The notes below the pieces were generated by a model, which searched no databases, had not been told where the DNA came from, and saw nothing but the letters and a program-made list of their open reading frames with translations. Shown here in pieces: positions 11,897 to 25,400 of a DNA stretch of 64,000 nt. The number at the start of each line of letters is the position of its first letter. The stretch's first letter is position 1. The stretch lies in NCBI RefSeq assembly GCF_964204645.1, contig NC_134031.1, positions 18,049,910 to 18,113,909 of the forward strand, written 5' to 3'. A program made the translations under genes and the position numbers. The stretch is from Tubulanus polymorphus (taxonomy: Eukaryota; Animalia; Nemertea).

Positions 11897-13343
11897 TTAA
11901 AACTGAAGAATTAGTAATAGATTGGGGTTTTTTTTAACAAGCCGTACTGTATTTAGGTATTAACCATAGCGTAATTTGTAGAATTTAGAGTTAGATTATG
12001 ACTATTGGAGAATAGATATTATCTAGTCATTATTTGCATTCAATTTCCAATTTTGCTGTCTTAATGTAGAGCAGATTCCACCTTCATCAACATCTCTTTG
12101 ATAGAATGAATATCATGATTTTTTGCATGTAACTTTCTTGACCGTTGTAGACTGTAGTCACCTCTAGGCACAAACTGCGGACACAAATTCTTGAAGAAAG
12201 TAGAAATATCTTGTTGTAACTCACAAAACGCTCAAATACGTAATTCTAAGAAGTTATATGTACGATTAGTCACTAAATTTTGCTCACTGTTTCTTTCCCA
12301 CTACGGTGTTCGGGTCAGTATTAAATGTCTAGAAGTTATCCTTATCAGACACTGGAATAAGCGGTGCAATGAATAGATCTCACAAATATCACCGGGCCAG
12401 AAAAATGTTACTAGGTCGAAAACTGGACAGATTGAAGTTGTTGAGCAAATATTTTACCGGCTTCGGTTGGGTCCAGTGTATCGGGCAATTTGGGGCTAGC
12501 TTACGAACCTGTTTTCATCTCAGTGTTTCTATAATTCATGGTTTTATTCGAAATTAATCTTTTTAAAAACGTTTGGTGTGATGCCTGTGTGTGTACATTT
12601 ATAGTAAGTACATGTATATTGTTATTTGTAAGAATTGTATAAATTGATCGAATGCTTTAGTCGCAGCTATGAGTTTCATACAAGTGGTGTAAGTGATTTA
12701 GAAACGTTGGTTTTTCGAGTGCGACTGACCATTGGCTGTTTGTATCAATGCCGGTTGTTCTTAGAATCCGATGAGTTATGTTAATTATTCCTATCACAGA
12801 TGGAGAGAGAATGATTAAATTTAACCACACTAGAATTCATATGATGATATATCCTATGAAGTGAATAAAGCAAACGTTACTAATTGCTATATATAGTACG
12901 TACAAAGGAAAGTTCTCCGGTGCTTTTAGTTTCAATTAGCGATAGTGAATCATGCGCTTAGTTCATCCATGGACGTATAAACTACGTCCTTGGTTCTTCC
13001 TATGCTCGAACCCCTTGACCAGTACTACTGAGCCTGTGTTCCACCCGATGCAATGGCCCCGCTTGTTGTTATTATTATATTGTGTGTATTTATGAAAACG
13101 AAAAAAAAAAAGAAATATTTTGAAATACAAATTTTCTCTGCATTTATTACCGTTGTTTGTGTTAATATTGGAGTTGATATGGAACTTCCCGCTGAGTCTA
13201 ACTGGACTAGTTGGTAAATATGCCACGGTGTTAGCCTCCGGGTTGAAGATAATACCAGTCTATAACACCGCCTCTTAACGATACTGCTGTAATTTTCGCT
13301 TCACGAAGCTGTTGTATGTAAGTAGTACTAGATGTAGGGTTGA

Positions 13344-13995
13344 AGGTATCATCTAATCGTAACAATCGAGAAAATAAAGCAGAACGAAAGTACGTGTAAT
13401 TTGAGGTGATAATAATTTCTATTTTATTGAAGTCGAACTGCAGAAACAGGTATCGGGGTAAAATGGAGGGGAAGTAACATTAACATTCCATTTATTACCA
13501 GCTTCAGCTGATCTATACCATACCAACTGCGTTAGTCTTACAGCCGTCTCGCCTGGCAGAGAACCCAACAAATTCAAAAGCATTTCTCGAAAACCAAGCA
13601 GACGATCCCTTCAAAACCTTGAGATGGATCACAACGTAGTTTCTGGACCCCTTGAAAAAGAAAGGTATCAACGAGACGCTCGATTTAGATTTCCTATTAA
13701 AATATTGGACTACTAAAAAATGTAAATTTGTTCTCCCGCAGAATAAGAATCCACCGCCTCAAAATGTTTAAAAGTGTTATATACACGTGAACTACATTAT
13801 CACCTCCTTTATAACGCATTCCCTGATTTTACCTATCATAATTGCGCCTGCGTTTACATCCATCATGAAAAAATATCCGGCAGAAGCGCGTCGCAAATCT
13901 CCTGAAAGTCGTCACTGTTTTTCTTTATGACAATAACGCCGTGAGCATGAGTCACTAAGAACTACTAATTCGGTCATATCGTTTAGATGTCACCT
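13344..13995. mobile_element. Kolobok-like non-autonomous element upstream of actin
   Basis: ttga|aggtatcatctaatcg ... cgtttagatgtcacct|ttaa; imperfect TIR beginning AGG with a TTAA-type TSD (left copy mutated). Confidence 0.5.
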
Positions 13996-14190
13996 TTAAA
14001 GGCACATACAAGTATGTATTGGCAGATTGCCCTAGTGAAACACTAAATCCTTAATCAAACCATATTCGGTATGAATCATAACCGGTGTGTATAGTTAAAA
14101 TAGTTAAAATGTCTTTATTTTAAAGAAAGTTACGACACCACATACGTGTTAATCATATTCCATTTCGGGAACTTCGTCAAACCGTCTGCG

Positions 14191-14197
14191 TATAAAT
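14191..14197 (+). promoter_or_regulatory. TATA box of the actin gene
   Basis: TATAAAT upstream of a short 5'UTR exon ending caa|gtaagt at 14277; acceptor tttcag ends at 14462 before ATG 14492. Confidence 0.55.
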
Positions 14198-14491
14198 ATG
14201 ATGCGTCGGGTTATGTTTGACCAAAAATCCACCGAAGAGCTCCGAGTGAAGAACAAACATTTCAAGATTACTTTCAAGTAAGTTTGTATACCGTATCTAT
14301 GATTAAGCGCTATGAATTATGCAAGTATATTTCGCATTTCTCGAAGGTTTTTACGCTCTGTTGCGCTTCTTCAATTTCCTTTTACATTCATCTCGCTTTT
14401 GACAAGCAATACCTAAACTAAACAAAACAAAACGCTCAATTTCCTTTAATTCATCATTTCAGGAAGAATCAATTTGCACACTACAAACATC

Positions 14492-16440
<1,949 letters not shown>

Positions 16441-18457
16441 TTCATCCGAGACATTTTCAGGCGATTCTATTTTCTACTGTAAATTTGATTTGTTAATAGA
16501 CGATTCCGAAATGAATCTCCGTTTGTAAGCTTTATTAATATGACTTCACGACGAAAATGAACCCTGCAGGACGGGCATTGAATTGATAACAACGTTTGTA
16601 ATGAATACTAGTGCAATAAAGTATGTTTTTTTAGATAAAAATGACTAATTAGTTCGACTTACATTGCCATATCCTCTCAGAGAAAAAACACCTTTTCTCC
16701 CTTTTGTCGATGTGAGCTGGGGATTTGCGTTCTTGAACTATTCTACTATGAACTGCTGCTAGACCTACGAATCTAAGATGGTGAACGCGACAGTGGAAAC
16801 GACCAAGATTTTGGTTCGATCCTTTCCAATATTCTTCATCAGATTCAAGAGGGATTTTTGATCGGATTGATTTTCCGAACACTCCCAAAAATGTTGATGA
16901 TGAAATTTTTCAAAATTCTTTGTCAGTCGATGACGGTAGATTTTTTTTTGATATATATGAATTTATTTGACAAAAAAAATTATAATGTTAAAGGTTTGCT
17001 CAGGTAGAAAGTACATTAATAGCAACACCGTCGATGACGGTCGATCGCGACGATATCTCTTACCTTGTCGTACCAGGACCTTACCATTCTAAGCGCAAAT
17101 ATAATACGCTGGGAACCTGTTATTAAGTGTAATTACTATAAAATCTTCGAAAAGATGATACTTTAAATGACGTCTGGAATAATTCGTCCACGTAATCTGA
17201 TTCATATTGATGAGAGGATACAGATAACTGATACCGTGTCCGCGAGCGGCGAGGTCCACACCTGGGTCACAAAATCACACCATTACTGATCGATTATCTG
17301 TTTTAGCAGTATCGTATTATTCTACAGTTTATTGATAGAAAATAGTAATTATATATAGCAAAGCAAAAATACAGTAATTTCTCATATTTATGAAAATGAA
17401 ATATAGTTTTATGAAATGTAGCAGAACGGACATTAAAAAACATCGCAAATGTTAGGGTTTGTACGAAAGCGACCTGGGGAAATCTTTAGAATTAATTCGA
17501 CGTTTTTACCTTGAATAGATTTGGTTTTCTCAGTTAAAAAAAGATAATTTCGAGTTAGCTAAGTTAAAATAAACCACTCCGGCAAGATCACTTTTAACGG
17601 AGAAAACTAGTTTATTCGGAATAAACTCGGAATAAACCTCCATATCTTTTTCATTTTATTTTTTTTGTCCCCAGCTTGCTTCCCGGGTTTTATGGTTTCT
17701 GTGTTCGATGCATGCACGAGGAAATCTGAGGTATTATAATCAGACTTAACTTAGCAATGATTTTTCAAAAAGATTATGCAAATATTCATGCATTGTGTGA
17801 TGTAACACGACAACCTTTCGCCAAATTTTGTAATACGTAAAGCAATTCAGTTCATTCTGACGACACAACGCAGGCCGTAACGTTCATTCCATATAACCAT
17901 GGACTCCTAGAGAGTCCATGGTTCTTTCTTGGACTCTTAGAGAGTCCATGATCTAACCTGAAATTTTTCCTAACCTGGTAACAAAAATTAGATGGTACGG
18001 TAGATATTACCTCAAAGGTTGGCATGAGAAAGATCATGGAAAATTTTAAAAAGTCATATAAAATAAAGAAATGGAAATGGTTTTCAGAAAACCAAAACGA
18101 AATAAAACTCATAGAAAAGACGTTGAATAAAATCTAAACGTAAAATCTTAGAAACCCTTTGTGATTAATGGAATTAATGGATTTCGTGGGATTCGCGTTA
18201 ACTGTTCTTGTTTATTCTGCCCATAGTTTCTGAAAAATGGCGGAAATTAACTTGTTTGTGGAAATCTAATTTCAATCAACATTTTTTTTCTTGTGCGGAG
18301 TGGTTTCGTGACCGATTTATCGAGGTTCGTTAACATTCAGTCACTGAAACCGACTCGACCTGAGAGCTCGGTAAACAGCGATTCGAAGATCCAATATTGC
18401 TTTCGCCAGTAGCATCCAGCGTCACTTAACAGGCCGGAATGATAGAAGTCGGACGCG

Positions 18458-19492
18458 ATGCAGACAGACGGTGTTCCGAACGACACATCCGCTGAAAACA
18501 ACTCACGAATCGACGGCTTCTTGAGCTACGGTCCGACCTTAGTTCAGGTATTTCCCGTTCACCCATCGAGCGAATTGTCGGCACAGTTATTCATGTACAG
18601 TTTCGGCGTAGTCTTTACGTTCGGTTTGACCGGTAACGTGCTGTCATTCGGAGTTATGTGGACTCGTCGAATGAGGAGGAAATCATATTCGTTATATCTG
18701 GCGACGTTAGCCTGTTACGACACTGGATTCTTATGTATTAATTTACTAGCTTGGATAAACGTCGTAAGCTTTCGTACTGTTGGGCACATCGTCATAATTT
18801 TGGATAACATATCCAAATGTATCGCTGTTGAGTTTATTCACGATATCTGTTTTCAGGGCAGTTCGTGGGCTATAGTTATAATCACATTAGAAAGGTTAGT
18901 CATCGTTAGTTCGCCGTTACGCGGTCGCCAGTTCTGCACGAGGAAAGCTGGGCGCATCATCACCTTGCTTCTCATTTTCGGAAGCGTAGTAAACTCGACA
19001 TACACGTCCTTAGTAACCAGTTATCGCGACGACATCGGCTGTTATCACAAGTTGCAAATTTACAAAATAATCGACTGGCTTTATCAGATAACGTTCTTCG
19101 TCTATTTACCGCTGATACTCGTGTTCGTAATAAACACATCGCTTATCATTTTGATGTGTCGCAGCGCAAATCTCGGACAAGGAGGCGATAAAAATGCCAA
19201 GACCCGCAAAGTCACAGTCACAATGCTGACGGTATCGTGCGCGTTCCTCGTATTTCTTCTTCCGATGAGCATCACCGGGGTTCTCGGCGCGTTTTGGCCG
19301 GACGACGAAAACGTGCTGGCAGCCTACGACTGGATTCGTAGTTTTCTAGCCATCAACAACGGTATCAATTTCTACCTGTACGTGTTGACCGGTGCCGAAA
19401 TTCGACTGGCTGTCAGGGAGATGTTTAGAAGTTGTTGTTTCGGCGACGTTGGAGCCTCTTCTACCGTTCCGGCATCAACTTTCACCGATTAA
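18458..19492 (+). CDS. Intronless class A (rhodopsin-like) peptide-receptor-like GPCR
   Basis: Seven hydrophobic segments; GN (TM1), LAxxD (TM2), ERL (TM3), FLLP (TM6), INFYLY (TM7). Confidence 0.9.
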   Translation: MQTDGVPNDTSAENNSRIDGFLSYGPTLVQVFPVHPSSELSAQLFMYSFGVVFTFGLTGNVLSFGVMWTRRMRRKSYSLYLATLACYDTGFLCINLLAWINVVSFRTVGHIVIILDNISKCIAVEFIHDICFQGSSWAIVIITLERLVIVSSPLRGRQFCTRKAGRIITLLLIFGSVVNSTYTSLVTSYRDDIGCYHKLQIYKIIDWLYQITFFVYLPLILVFVINTSLIILMCRSANLGQGGDKNAKTRKVTVTMLTVSCAFLVFLLPMSITGVLGAFWPDDENVLAAYDWIRSFLAINNGINFYLYVLTGAEIRLAVREMFRSCCFGDVGASSTVPASTFTD

Positions 19493-19899
19493 CGCGTTAT
19501 TGTGCAGTTATTTTGATCGAGAAGTTATCTTACCTTTAGATGAGCCCTGAAAAATAGTTACTGACTTGTTGTAGGGAATGGTTATTCTACACGAAGGTGA
19601 CTTGTCGAAAGCTACCGAAATGAATGTATGTAGTGAACATGGTGTATAATTGAAACAACAGAAGCTAAATTCCTGTAGAGTTTTCATATTTATGTGTTGT
19701 AAATATAAAACAAAGCAAATAATTTAAATTTTGTAACTAGTCAATCTATTTGCATTGAGGCATCGATTTAACGTTCTCTTGATACATTGGAAAATACGAT
19801 CAAAATATATTCAATCAATAAAACTGCAGACGATATAGAAAAAAAGAATCAACCTTTCTTATCCAAATAACTGATATTGTAATATATGGCATCCAATTT

Positions 19900-20505
19900 A
19901 GAAAATGGATGCTTTCTGCCAGACACCAATTTAAGCTAAATTTGCATCCATTTGCATCTACATTCACCTTTGAACACACTCGCTGGCATCGCGCTCCATA
20001 CAAGCTTAAAAAAACATGCATAATTTACCATTCTTCATGAACTCACTGAATAAGCTTTTGCCTGACCATTCCGAAAATTGATTGAACAGCCACAGAGAGG
20101 CCGAGAACTTTTCTAAACCTTTTTCTTTGCCGATCATCTTTTTTAGATTTCAATACACATACTTTCGTGATGGTTTACATTTGCATGTTGGGCAGCCATT
20201 TTAACCAGGACCATATCCATTACAGCAATAGATTTCGCAAGCTTGGCCGCATTCGTCAACTGAGAAAAAGCATATTTTGCCTTCTTAGTTTCCAAAGAGA
20301 GACGCCACACCATTTATTCTTCATTATTTGTATGACACAGCCTCATAGATGTTCAGATAAATCTAACATATCGTATCTCGAATATATTTCAAAACATTTT
20401 GAACAAGTAACGCAGAAACTTTCTTAATTTGCATTCACATGTAGGGCAACCCTATTAATCTAGAACATTCCTGTACGGACAGAATATTTGACAAACTGGC
20501 CCACG
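19900..20505 (-). pseudogene. Decayed antistasin-repeat (Cys-rich protease inhibitor-like) gene
   Basis: Minus-strand segments RGPVCQIFCPYRNVLD**GCPTCECK (20505-20428), DECGQACEIYCCNGYGPG*NGCPTCKCKP (20259-20163, with splice-like borders) and ARCQRVCSKVNVDANGCK (about 19995-19940). In-frame stops at 20452-20457 and 20201-20203. Confidence 0.75.
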
Positions 20506-21440
20506 TGAGTTTGTATTATAGCCGGAAGTGAGATGCTCTCTGTAAATGGTTCGTCAATCTCATCTCCCTGCATATCGTACGACGGATGACTGAGAGTTAA
20601 TTTCCACAGTTAGAATTATATAATACCAATTTTCCGTTTTGGTGCCCTGGCCAAAACTACGAAACATGTCAATTTTCTCTAAAAATGCAGAATTATGTTT
20701 TTGTGGGGAGCACCAAAACGGCTTTCAAGACAAAATCAGGTTGTTTATTTCGTTTTGGCGTTCTGGCGTTATCACTTTCATTCTATCGGTATTGATAATT
20801 AGTTTCCATAATCACAATAACTGAACGTTACATCAAGCATTGTACTGCAGACTAGCTTAACTTTCAGTTAGCAACAGAAGCCGGTTGCGTACGGGGCTTA
20901 GACCTTGACCGGCCCAGGGCCAACTTAGTTCTATAGCCTATCTAACAACTTAAGACCTCGCGTTCTTACGATATAAGTCGACGTAACTGGATATTTTCTA
21001 ACAGATAACCGACTGTGGACAAAAAATTATTCTGCACCACGCAATGCTTATACAGTTCCCTCATTGGTAATCTAAACGGCGTATTTAATTGGTGAAGCTT
21101 GAAACTCTAAAATAGCCTGGAGCATCGTCAGCTGATGTATTCTATTTCTTGTCACACAGTCGTGCGCGCAACGCAGTATTTTGACTCGAGAGTTAGGTCG
21201 CTCATTGATAACACTGTCAATACTTGCGAGAAAAACGCCAAACACCGATGTTTTCGGTTTGCATGAAGAGCGATTTATGGATTTGGAAGCTTAAAGTACG
21301 TAGTTTGCTGTGTACAGACTGACATGATGTCTTGTTGCCTTTCACACTCAAATTCCAACTCCATATCTACTAATTAGCCTGGATATTAGACTGTAGAGTC
21401 CTGCTTTCGATTATCACCCAAGTTGTTCAAGCCGAAATAA

Positions 21441-22421
21441 ATGTTGGTGAATGAGACATCAAAGGGTTTCCGATGCCCGATCATTGAAAACCAAGTTTAT
21501 AAGCAGTACTGGAGAGTATACGGTATCCTGGCTACCAGTGTGATAGGTGTATTCCTGAACATGTTTGGCATCTTCGTTTTTCGAAAAATTACCGAAAGTG
21601 GGCAAGCCATCTACTTACTGACCGTATTATCGATAGCTGATATTATATATCTGGTAAATATATCCTTGCATATTCCAATTCGTAAACTTGTTTTCCAAGC
21701 TTTTTACGGAGACGAAGTCTTTCGTCGAAAAGAATACGGAGTATTTCCAATGTGGCTCTGGATCAGCATCGCCTCTTACAAGTCAACGGTAACAATACGT
21801 AATTGGATTGTCGTTTTATCCGCTGTTGTTCGGTGTCTGCATATTTTCTTTCCCCTGTGGTCTCGACGAGTTGTCGATAGAAAACTAGTAAATATAAATA
21901 TAGCAGTAATTTTCATTGTATCGATAGTTATTTACATTCCCCGTTATTTCGGGATTAGTATCGTCCTTTACACGTGTCCGGGAGCTCCATTGTTGAGTCG
22001 TCCTAGTTATCCTGTAATCAAGAAAGACAAAGCGATGGATCTGAGTTCGACGTGGATCTATTTAGTCGTAACGGTAAGCTCACCGATTGTAATTCTCCTA
22101 TTAGCCAATATGGTACTAATATGGTCCATAAGTCGTAGCAGGACACGTCGAAAATCCATCACGGCATCGCGGTCAAATTCGGATACGAAGGCGACTCAAC
22201 TGGTATTCATAGCGACAATTGTCTATCTGGTCTGCGAGTCAGCAACTGTCGTGTCAAGGATATTCAACTATTTCGTCGACAACGAAGTCTCCGATCTATT
22301 GAAGAAACTATTCGATGTTTTAGACTACTTAACTCCTGTCGATTCGGCTGTTAATTTCATCATTTATATGATCGCCAGTAAAACTTTCAGACAAGCCACG
22401 TATAGATTATTAATCGTCTAA
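21441..22421 (+). CDS. Intronless divergent class A GPCR (FMRFamide-receptor-like / chemoreceptor-like)
   Basis: Seven TM segments; GVFLN, LSIAD, NWIVVLSAVVRC (DRY replaced), IPRYF, DSAVNFIIY. Confidence 0.85.
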   Translation: MLVNETSKGFRCPIIENQVYKQYWRVYGILATSVIGVFLNMFGIFVFRKITESGQAIYLLTVLSIADIIYLVNISLHIPIRKLVFQAFYGDEVFRRKEYGVFPMWLWISIASYKSTVTIRNWIVVLSAVVRCLHIFFPLWSRRVVDRKLVNINIAVIFIVSIVIYIPRYFGISIVLYTCPGAPLLSRPSYPVIKKDKAMDLSSTWIYLVVTVSSPIVILLLANMVLIWSISRSRTRRKSITASRSNSDTKATQLVFIATIVYLVCESATVVSRIFNYFVDNEVSDLLKKLFDVLDYLTPVDSAVNFIIYMIASKTFRQATYRLLIV

Positions 22422-25400
22422 TTAATGTCTTAATTGATACCAGTTAGAAATCTATACTGTCGATGCTGGGCCTGTAGAGCATAATGCAATAAGATATTGT
22501 AATATGATACCTGATCTATTCTATTTTATTCACAGAAATTATTCCTAAGATGTGTTGCAAAATTCCAATAGATGGCGATTATGTTGTAGGAAATATACCA
22601 ATAATCTTATTCTTTTTATTCTTGCTTCAAATATTTCAAGATAGATTCAAATATTTCATTATTCTCAGAAAGACCTGGGCGTATTTCAGAATCATAATCA
22701 TCTTTTAAATCCAATTTCAATTCAATCCAATCCAGGGATAGATACTGATATGAGAGTAAGGAACGCGTGTTCCCGTCCGTTCCCGTTCCAGTGCCTGTCT
22801 TTGAAAAACGAACGACAAACAAATTTCGGGCCCGTTATTCCCACCCATGAACTAATAAATCAACAGAATGTACGCGACTCTGAAATATCACTCAAAAATT
22901 GATGGCGATAATGTTAACCGGCATGAGTTAAGATACAATTTTTATATCATAAAATCCCACGCTTAGACCGGAAAAGAGCGAATGCGAGTCACGTGACTAG
23001 CGTTGGCCCGACGATCGCGGGAAGAGTTGCTGCAACGAGGCGCGCGAATAGCAACTGACAATGAAATACATAACTCACTCTTCCCCCACTGCTAGTAGAC
23101 GGTTTTCTCTTACAGAGCAGATTAACGCACGGATTAACGGGGATTAACGATAATCATCAACCCGGATTAATCGATTATGAGGTGAGCTATAATGATTATT
23201 ACCCAGCAGTCGTCGGTCAGAATTTGACTCTCGATCAGAAAAGTTAAAACTTAAACAGTTTCGACTCAAAAAAGTCAGATTGCACTCGCAACTGAGTTGG
23301 ACCTGCTATTGTTAACATCCATCAAAATTATGCATCAAATAAGAAAAGTTTGTTTATAGGCATAATTTGTTAGAGTTTCAAGTGATTGAAGTTCTGGTAG
23401 TAACGTGTGTAGGCCGGCGGATGGGGGGGGGGGGAGGGTTTGGGGCGGCGTTAAACAGTTTCTCAAATGAAATTTGTCCCGTCTAATGTAAAACCTTGAC
23501 CTAAACCACATTTTCCACCATATATTTCGTAGTCACTGAAAGTTACATAAAGCATTTGTTTCATATTGTTTCTTACTCGTTTATTGTTGAGAAAATAAAA
23601 ATGAAAATACAGAGGAACGAAAGATAAAGCAAATTTCTTTTTTTAGGCCCAACAGTTTTCAATTTTTACCAAGAGCAAACCCTCGAATCTTGTCTTCCCA
23701 GAATCGAAGGAAATCATGAACTATTCTGACAAATCGTGTAGTGCGTTGATGAAGTTTCGACGAATACAACTTTCACTTTCAACGCTCTTTACGCAGCGTA
23801 CACGGTCACATGATCACGCGCGAACCACGTGATCAAAACAAACTTGGCCTTTCTTCGTTCGTCAAGGTCGATGGTTTGTGAAGAGTGCGAGTCCATTTAG
23901 TTGACAGTTGGTGACCGGAAATAAAAATGCATTTTCTTTCGTAATAGTTTTTCCGAGAATTTTGTTCGATGATTGATTATTATTTTGTACGTAAGTGTCG
24001 CTGGTCAGTCGATGACCTTGACCCGAGCGGCCAACACCAGGTACTGTTCTCGTCTGCGCGGCCGAATTCCTCGCGCACCTGCATCATCAATCAGATACAA
24101 TGATTACATCGATATGGGTTTCTGCTATCCTGTAACAGGTTGAACTCGCATCGGTGGAGACAAACACCGTGTAAATCACTGATTACCTTCCCCCTATCCC
24201 CTCCCCTCAACACCCCTTCCACCCTCACAGAGCTTCTGTGGATTATCAACTGATAAGTCTGATGAACTCTTATCTTATACGTGTATCTTTCACGTACGGG
24301 ATGCATTTGTAAACTTGTCGAAATCAGCATCATCAGCAGCTTCAATATCATCGATGTCGCTCCTTAACTTTCTGTCCATACCACCAAGAAGTATTTACCC
24401 CCAGCTCCAGGTAGGCCGTAGGCAATTCGCGCTTGCTGTTTGTTTCTCCCTTTGTTTGTTTGTTACGTGAAATTTACTTACAGCTTAACGAACAACTAAC
24501 AACGGATCTAAGATTCTAAATTCAAATCACCGTAACTGCCAGTGTAAATTCAATGAAATTATATTTGTCACGGAAACGTCGATTAGTCGACTACGGTTTA
24601 CGATTCGATATAAGTTTACGATGAATGAATTTTATTCTGAAAACTGCGCGAACCTACTCGTAAAAACCTCGTATAATATTTATGTCTGGAATTGAGTCAT
24701 ATTTTTGATGGGGAATCGAGAGGGAATATTCGTATCAGGTTCAACGTCTGTCGATGATAAAACTGAGTTATGTTTGAACAAGACAACATGTGTTCAGCGC
24801 TGAACCGGTTCAGATGTGAGATTGACTTTTAGTAATTGCCTGTCTAAACGAAGACTATTTCGTTTCTTCTCTTCTCTTCACATCTCAACTTAGAACCATC
24901 ATTCAGACTCTAAATACAACTAATACAAACAGTTTTTACGCACAGCAAAATATGCGTTATCGGAATATAGTTCAACAGTTTAAGTTTTCTGGACCAAAGT
25001 TCCACAGTTGTTGGTCCGTGAACCCCTGGTTCCACAGTCGTAGTTTTCTGGACTCAGGTTCCACATTTATTGTTCCGTGAACCCAAAGTTCCGAAGATAC
25101 TGTTCTGTAAACCCCAGTTCCACAGTTGTGGGTCTCTGGGTCTGAGTTCCACAGTTGAATGTGGGTTTGATTTGCTCAAGGAAACATTCCGGACTTATCT
25201 TTACTTTCTTAGTCTTAGATCTTTTTATAATATCGGAACAACACGGATTCAGCGTGTCCCAACAATGTTGGTTAGACTGGTTGTAGGGGTTTGGAAGGTA
25301 GCCATTTTCTTTAGGGTTTATTTTATAGTTTGAAGAGTTGCCCTGGAACGATAGCGAAAAGAATGTCTTCGATGTTGTCAAGGTCGTCGATGCTGGAAAG

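Noticed and set aside
16649-16888. 79-aa minus-strand ORF downstream of actin
   Set aside because: Non-ATG start, no recognisable motif and no supported exon structure.
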